Shown: positions 58,937 to 64,000 of the stretch, piece by piece
How positions within the stretch are numbered: position 1 is the first letter of the stretch
Layout: every line of letters starts with the position of its first letter
NCBI GenBank assembly: GCA_964619055.1
Contig: CAZUDB010000002.1
Location: 29,723 to 93,722, forward strand
Source: an uncultured Rhodospirillaceae bacterium
GTDB lineage: Bacteria; Pseudomonadota; Alphaproteobacteria; Rhodospirillales; Defluviicoccaceae
DNA length: 64,000 bases
Direction: 5' to 3'
The notes under the pieces: model-generated
What the model saw: the letters and a program-made list of their open reading frames with translations, nothing else
Databases searched by the model: none
What the model was told of the DNA's origin: nothing
Program-made: the position numbers and the translations under genes

Positions 58937-59776
58937 CTAGACGATGTCATTGTTGTCGGCGTCCGAATGCGGGCCCGAGGACAGTGGCCTCTTGCTACGC
59001 GTTCCGAATTGCTGACCCACTTCAGCTTCCAAGGCGGTGCGATCCCGGATCGTGAACTGACCTGCACCCAGTTCGATGATTCCGTGCCGAACCCAATGTC
59101 GGAACGCTGACGTTACCGCCGATCTGCTTGTTCCGATCATGTCGGCCAACTGGCTCGGCGCCACGTTGACGGTGACGACGATGCTGTTCCCGGCTGTGAT
59201 GCCGAAATGGTCAGCCAAGCTGAGCAAGCGCTTGGCGAGGCGGGGACGCACGTTAAAGATATGGATGTCCTCGACGGTCACATCTGTGGCGCGCAGCCGC
59301 TCGCAGATCAGGCGCAAGAGCTTCATGCACACTTGCGGATTGCGTTCCAAAAAACTGATGAAATCAGCTTTCTCAATGATCACAAGGCCGGTCTCCACCA
59401 TAGCTTTGGCGTTAGCCGTCCGGTCGCCACCATCGATCACGGAGATCTCACCGAATATTTCGCCCCGTTCCATCACGGCGAGCATGATCGGCCGCGTATC
59501 GGCCGAAGCCGTGAAGATGGCGACCTGCCCGTGGTCGATCATCATCACCGCGTCGCCCGGATCACCTTTCCGGAAGATCAAGCGTTGGGCTGGGACCGTT
59601 TCGTAGCGAGAGGCTCGGGCCAACCGGCTAACTTCGATGGGCGGCAAAAAGTCATTCAGCGACTGTCGGTGCATGCAGTATCGAATGCACGCCTCAGTCT
59701 GCATGGCTTCCCCCGCCTCCCTGGTTAACTCATTCAAATTGTCATCCACGTCAATATCATGGCCATTTGGGGGCAA
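58937..59776 (-). CDS. Crp/Fnr-family transcriptional regulator
   Basis: It has a cNMP-binding beta-roll (IFRKGDPGDAVMMIDHGQVAI...IFGEISVIDGGDRTANAKA) and a C-terminal HTH (SQLADMIGTSRSAVTSAFRHW). The true start may be the internal Met at 59704 (MQTEAC...). Confidence 0.8.
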   Translation of the reverse strand: MPPNGHDIDVDDNLNELTREAGEAMQTEACIRYCMHRQSLNDFLPPIEVSRLARASRYETVPAQRLIFRKGDPGDAVMMIDHGQVAIFTASADTRPIMLAVMERGEIFGEISVIDGGDRTANAKAMVETGLVIIEKADFISFLERNPQVCMKLLRLICERLRATDVTVEDIHIFNVRPRLAKRLLSLADHFGITAGNSIVVTVNVAPSQLADMIGTSRSAVTSAFRHWVRHGIIELGAGQFTIRDRTALEAEVGQQFGTRSKRPLSSGPHSDADNNDIV

Positions 59777-60065
59777 GGAGTGGTTGGCAGTCGTCGACGA
59801 CGTTAGAGTTTATAGCTGTTTCCGTCAGATGCGCATCTTCGCGGCCTTTCGGCCGAGGGAGCACGTGAGTGAGATGCCATAATCCCACAATCGCTGGCCC
59901 TGGCCTGTGGGGAGAACCCCGCGCATCCATATCTTTTGCCAAATGGGGTGGTAAGGAACATTGCGACGACCAATTACTCACTGTGTTTGCACTTTCGCTA
60001 GCGAATCTAGCAATCATCCGGCAGAAAAACGTCGTGAATGTGGGCCACAGCGAGCCAGAGCAAAT

Positions 60066-60079
60066 TTGATTGCGCTCAA
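60066..60079. promoter_or_regulatory. FNR/CRP-like box TTGAT-N4-CTCAA
   Basis: TTGATtgcgCTCAA has one mismatch to TTGAT-N4-ATCAA. It lies in the intergenic region between the Crp/Fnr gene and the coxS-like gene, about 208 nt upstream of 60287. Confidence 0.3.
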
Positions 60080-60286
60080 CCAATCCAGATATCTAATTTT
60101 CGGCTCCAGTCATCAAGGTGTGACATCATCGATTGGCGTGCAATGGCGATCTGCGGCGACGATTGAACCCGCGACCGAGCGCCCCCACGGCGATGCACCG
60201 TGCCTGGCTTGCGATGAGCGGAAAGACCTGCCGTTGGAAGCGCTAAGCCCGGAAATTCTGACCGAAGATCGTGGAGAAGCCAGCTA

Positions 60287-60769
60287 ATGGAAACCGTTGC
60301 CTTCGACGTCAACGGCCGGTCCGTACAACTCAACGTCGAGCCTAGAACGTTGTTGGTCGATGTGCTGCGCGATCAGCTCCGGCTGACAGGGACTCATGTG
60401 GGATGCGATACCAGCCAGTGCGGGGCCTGCGTCGTGTTGCTGGGCGGTCGAAGCGTTAAGTCCTGCTCTCTTTTGGCGGTCCAGGCCGATGGGGGGGCCA
60501 TTACCACCATCGAGGGGCTGGCTCAGAACGGCGTTCTCCATCCCATGCAGGCAGCTTTTCAGGCCCATCACGCCCTACAGTGCGGCTATTGCACTCCGGG
60601 CCTTGTGCTATCAGCAATCGACCTGGCGCGCGTTTGTCCCGATGCCGATGAAGCGATCATTCGGCGGTGGATCTCGGGCCACTTGTGTCGATGTACCGGC
60701 TACCAGTCCATCGTTGCCGCGATCGAGGCTGGACTGCGCGCCATGCAGCGGGCTGAGCCGGCCCTGTAA
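60287..60769 (+). CDS. (2Fe-2S)-binding small subunit of a xanthine dehydrogenase/aerobic CO dehydrogenase-family molybdoenzyme (CoxS-like)
   Basis: 160 aa with both cluster motifs: [12 protein letters not shown] and QCGYCTPG...CRCTGY. Confidence 0.9.
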   Translation: METVAFDVNGRSVQLNVEPRTLLVDVLRDQLRLTGTHVGCDTSQCGACVVLLGGRSVKSCSLLAVQADGGAITTIEGLAQNGVLHPMQAAFQAHHALQCGYCTPGLVLSAIDLARVCPDADEAIIRRWISGHLCRCTGYQSIVAAIEAGLRAMQRAEPAL

Positions 60770-60782
60770 CGGAGGTCAGTGC

Positions 60783-61607
60783 TTGCAGCCATTCTCCTGG
60801 TATCGAGCAACCACGCTCCAAGCTGCCGTCGCCAGGCTTGGCGACGAACCCGATGCCCGATTCATCGCCGGTGGCATCGGCCTGATCCCGGCCATGAAGG
60901 CTCGACAGGTCAAAGTAGCAACGCTGATCGATATCAGCGGCCTCACGGCTTTGCGCGAGATCTCGGAAGTCGGCGGCCGGCTCCGCATTGGCGCCCTCAC
61001 CAGCCACCAGGAAGTCGCACGATCGCCCCTGGTTCGTGCACGGTGTCCGGCTTTGGCAAGCTTGGCACAATCGATTGGCGACCCGCAGGTCCGCCACCGA
61101 GGAACCCTCGGCGGTGCACTGGCCACAAATGATCCCGCTGGCGACTGGCCGACGGCGGCTTTAGGCCTTGACGCTGAAATCGAAACCGACCGGCGTACTA
61201 TTTCCGCTGGGCGGTTCCTGTTGGGTCCGTACGCAACGGCGCTGGCGCGCGATGAGGCTATTGTGGCGGTGACGTTTCGCGTGCCCAAGGCCTCCGCGTA
61301 CCTGAAAGTGATCCGAAAGTCGCTCCGCTACGCGTTCGTCGGTGTGTTCATTGCGCGTTTTGCGCTGCAGCCGCGCGGAAGCAGCAGCGACGTTCGGGTT
61401 GCCGTTACGGGAGGGGCCGGGGGGACGTTCCGTTTGGCGGCTGCGGAAGCGGCATTGGCGGTCCAATTCGAAGAGGATGCTCTTGCCGACCTGGTAGCTC
61501 CCACGGAGCGGTTCGCGACGGACCTGCATGGTTCGGCGGCCTATCGCGAACATCTTTTCCGCGTGTTGGTACGTCGCGCGGTTGCCGCCACTCGATCGGA
61601 TCCATAG
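60783..61607 (+). CDS. FAD-binding medium subunit of a xanthine dehydrogenase/CO dehydrogenase-family enzyme (CoxM-like)
   Basis: This is the frame of ORF 60396..61607. I chose the TTG start at 60783, 7 nt after a GGAGG SD and 14 nt after the coxS-like stop. It has FIAGGIGLIPAMK, the GTLGGALATNDPAGDW FAD_binding_5 motifs and a CO_deh_flav_C-like end (DLHGSAAYREHL). Confidence 0.8.
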   Translation: MQPFSWYRATTLQAAVARLGDEPDARFIAGGIGLIPAMKARQVKVATLIDISGLTALREISEVGGRLRIGALTSHQEVARSPLVRARCPALASLAQSIGDPQVRHRGTLGGALATNDPAGDWPTAALGLDAEIETDRRTISAGRFLLGPYATALARDEAIVAVTFRVPKASAYLKVIRKSLRYAFVGVFIARFALQPRGSSSDVRVAVTGGAGGTFRLAAAEAALAVQFEEDALADLVAPTERFATDLHGSAAYREHLFRVLVRRAVAATRSDP

Positions 61608-61651
61608 GCCGTACCCAGCCCGCAATGAGCATTTGCGAGGTGGCGGTGATT

Positions 61652-62041
61652 TCACATGATGGCAAGCAAGATCATGACAGCGGCGAACCACAGCAACGTG
61701 ATGACCAGACCATCGGTCCGACGGGTCCGCAAGCGCGGCGAGGCCGCGCTGCCAGGAGCGACCGTGGAACGGGCGCGTCGACCTTGGCGGTGGGATACTG
61801 CAGCTGCCGCGTCGGCGCGGCGGCGGCGAAGCATGTCGACGTTATCGCGGCGGCGGGCATGGTCGGCGCGAATGGCCTCATGAGCCGCAACGATCTCGCT
61901 AAACCGCTGGTCGGCGTCGGGGTCGTCGCGGTTGACGTCCGGATGGTAGCGTTTGGCGAGCGCCAAATACGCTCTGTGAGCGGCGTCCTCCGACGCATCC
62001 CGGCCCACTCCTAATACGGCGTAAGGATCATCGTTGGTCAT
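61652..62041 (-). CDS. J-domain protein with C-terminal membrane anchor
   Basis: 129 aa with DPYAVLGVGRDASEDAAHRAYLALAKRYHPD (HPD motif) and a C-terminal hydrophobic LVITLLWFAAVMILLAIM. Confidence 0.72.
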   Translation of the reverse strand: MTNDDPYAVLGVGRDASEDAAHRAYLALAKRYHPDVNRDDPDADQRFSEIVAAHEAIRADHARRRDNVDMLRRRRADAAAAVSHRQGRRARSTVAPGSAASPRLRTRRTDGLVITLLWFAAVMILLAIM

Positions 62042-62441
62042 CGCGGATCGTTCATACCCAATGCTGCATCCACCCTACGGCTTCATTCACAGCGCTCATC
62101 CCGATCAGCTTAAACCTGGGTACCCGACGTGATTGTGATCGTTTATAGCCAAATGAACGGGCATTGGGCGAGTGTCTGCAATGACAACGCATCCGCATTC
62201 AGCCTTTTTTTTACGGCATCTCTATAGCCTTGGATGGGCGCCGAGCACTTCTTTGGTGGCTGGCTGATATGGGCACCCCGAGTCGTATGGCGGCATTGCC
62301 CAAGCGGTGTTCGGTTAGAGGGTTAGTTCATGGTATACACCTGCGATAAGAAGAAGGCCGAGGCAAAGCCGACGGCTAGCGATCGCAGAGGACCCCGTCG
62401 TCCATAGAACGTCGGACGCGGACCTTGGATATGGGACAGGG

Positions 62442-64000
62442 ATGACGAACGAGGCACCACTAGCGAACTCGGTTGCCGATGCGCGCTGCGGGGTCTTCGT
62501 CGGTCGCGCAGGCATACCGGAGATTGCGCAGTCGTTACCGCCCGCGATCTCGAAAGCGGACCGCGCGCGCGACCAGGGACGGACTAGCTCGCTTGCCGTT
62601 TGGCGGAAGGTGCGTACGGTCCTCGCCAACGGTATTCCGTTCCCGTTTTCGAAGGTTCGCGTCAAGTCTCGACGCTGGGCGATGCCCGCACTCTATGCCG
62701 ACGGTCACGTGCGACCCGACATGCGTGTGGACGCAGCGTTTTTGTCCAGTTTGAGCCGACAACGGTCCCTGTTCATGCGGGCACTCAACAATGAGGCGCT
62801 GGCTCTAAGGTCGTTGCCGGACATCGACATCTCGATCGTAACCCACAACAGTGAGCAGTGGCTGGACGATTTTCTGGCTAGCCTCGAAGAAACCGTATAC
62901 CCGAAGGCTCGTCTAAACCTGATGTTTCGTGACCACGAGTCGACAGATGCATCCGTCGCCAGATTGGAGCGTTTTCGCACTGAGCGGGGCCATGTGTATC
63001 GGACCATTTCGATTGATCAACGCGAGAACTCAGGCTTCGGGTGCGGTCATCACCTCAATATTGTGCGTGGTGAGGCGCCGTTCATATTAGTTGTCAATGT
63101 AGATATGGAATTCGAGCCTCACGCCTTGCTGAGCGCCGTCACTATGGCGATCACGGACCGACTCGATGTTGGGAAATGGGAATTTCGCCAGAAACCGTTC
63201 GAGCATCCAAAATATTACGATCCTGTAACTTTAGAAACAGCGTGGTGCTCACACACTTGTGTTTTGATGCGGCGTAGTGCCTATTTAGAGACGGGCGGTT
63301 ACGAACCGAAGATTTTTATGTATGGAGAAGATGTTGAGCTTTCTTTTCGGTTCAGAGATCATGGGTGGCGCTTACGGTATTGGCCTCATTCGGTCGTTTG
63401 GCACTATACATATAAGTTTGCGAATGAAATTAAGCCACTACAATTTCAGTGCTCAACATTGACAAATGCACTTTTACGTATACGCTACGGGTCTTTTTGG
63501 TCTATTATGGCAATCGTGCGACTTTATATAAAGCAATATGCCGTCCCGTCATTGCCCGAGGGTCGCCGGATATTGACAATGAATTTAGCGGCTATTTTTG
63601 CCTTGTCGACCTATTTCGTTTTGACGCGCCACCGGTCGGGCCGCTTTCCGTTTTTTGATTGGGATTATGAGTTGCGCCGCGATGGCGCGTTTTACGCATA
63701 CCCGCCGTCGCACATGACGGAAGCCGAAGCCTTGCGAGATGGGCCTTTGGTCTCGGTCATCATTCGCACGCAAAGCGGTCGTGTCGATTTGCTGCGCCAA
63801 GCTTTGCTATCTGTTGGCCACCAGACCTACCACGCTGTGGAAGCTGTGGTAGTCGAGGATGGCGGCGATGCGACTCAGAAAATGTGCGAGACCATGGCGC
63901 AGCAAGGATTGATCAATGTTCAATACCTGAGCATTGCCAAGAGCGGCCGCTCTGTTGCTGGCAACAGGGGATTGGCAGCAGCTCGCGGGACCTACTTCTT
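62442..64000 (+). CDS. Two-domain GT2-family glycosyltransferase (3' end beyond window; start uncertain)
   Basis: This frame is open from 62319 to the window end and is absent from the ORF track because it has no stop. ATG candidates lie at 62442, 62682, 62721 and 62775. The first GT2 domain has DISIVTHNSEQWLDDFL...VVNVDMEFEP...YGEDVELSFR. The second begins PLVSVIIRTQSGRVDLLRQALLSVGHQTY...VVVEDGGD. Confidence 0.7.
   Translation, partial: MTNEAPLANSVADARCGVFVGRAGIPEIAQSLPPAISKADRARDQGRTSSLAVWRKVRTVLANGIPFPFSKVRVKSRRWAMPALYADGHVRPDMRVDAAFLSSLSRQRSLFMRALNNEALALRSLPDIDISIVTHNSEQWLDDFLASLEETVYPKARLNLMFRDHESTDASVARLERFRTERGHVYRTISIDQRENSGFGCGHHLNIVRGEAPFILVVNVDMEFEPHALLSAVTMAITDRLDVGKWEFRQKPFEHPKYYDPVTLETAWCSHTCVLMRRSAYLETGGYEPKIFMYGEDVELSFRFRDHGWRLRYWPHSVVWHYTYKFANEIKPLQFQCSTLTNALLRIRYGSFWSIMAIVRLYIKQYAVPSLPEGRRILTMNLAAIFALSTYFVLTRHRSGRFPFFDWDYELRRDGAFYAYPPSHMTEAEALRDGPLVSVIIRTQSGRVDLLRQALLSVGHQTYHAVEAVVVEDGGDATQKMCETMAQQGLINVQYLSIAKSGRSVAGNRGLAAARGTYF

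Noticed and set aside
60396-60782. Upstream part of ORF 60396..61607, which overlaps the coxS-like gene in another frame.
   Set aside because: The translation there is Pro/Ser/Arg-rich and unlike FAD-subunit N-termini. A TTG start at 60783 with a GGAGG SD gives the canonical CoxM-like N-terminus.
62165-62212. T8 tract (62205-62212), considered as an orphan Rho-independent terminator or the 3' end of an sRNA.
   Set aside because: I could not find a convincing GC-rich stem immediately upstream; there is only 4-bp AATG/CATT pairing. No plus-strand gene ends nearby.

Overview
This is a high-GC proteobacterial chromosome segment, most likely alphaproteobacterial. Hand-counted 60-nt lines in core genes are about 62-68% GC.

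**1-17.7 kb, minus strand.** A complete canonical dcw cluster: mraZ-rsmH-ftsL-ftsI-murE-murF-mraY-murD-ftsW-murG-murC-murB-ddl-ftsQ-ftsA-ftsZ. ftsZ is cut by the window edge. Upstream of mraZ lies a TGGGN x3 putative MraZ operator. Next come RNase P RNA (rnpB, absent from the ORF track), an AmpD-type amidase, an EamA transporter and DjlA.

**21-31 kb, the most unusual locus.** A tightly packed operon encodes a TpsB/ShlB-type Omp85 transporter, an ExbB fused to DUF2341+LamG modules, ExbD, TonB, a porin-like barrel and a secreted coiled-coil protein. It faces a double-size PstS-like secreted protein across a 745-bp AT-rich intergenic region. That region carries well-phased Pho-box repeats.

**31-37 kb.** A Chloroflexus-type mcl-mch pair and a PlcP-like phosphoesterase plus GT4 glycosyltransferase pair (phosphate-sparing glycolipid module).

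**37-51.8 kb.** An XRE regulator, an SLC13/TrkA-C permease and a candidate glycoconjugate system. That system comprises a standalone cNMP-binding protein, an ABC exporter with degenerate ATPase motifs and mosaic codon usage, an FkbH-like HAD protein, four glycosyltransferases and a deacetylase.

**51.8-64 kb.** An ATPase-first peptide-type ABC importer, a cytochrome P460-family protein, a Crp/Fnr regulator, coxS/coxM-like subunits with no large subunit, a J-domain membrane protein and a two-domain GT2 gene truncated at the window end.

No tRNA, rRNA, CRISPR array, transposase or integrase was seen.
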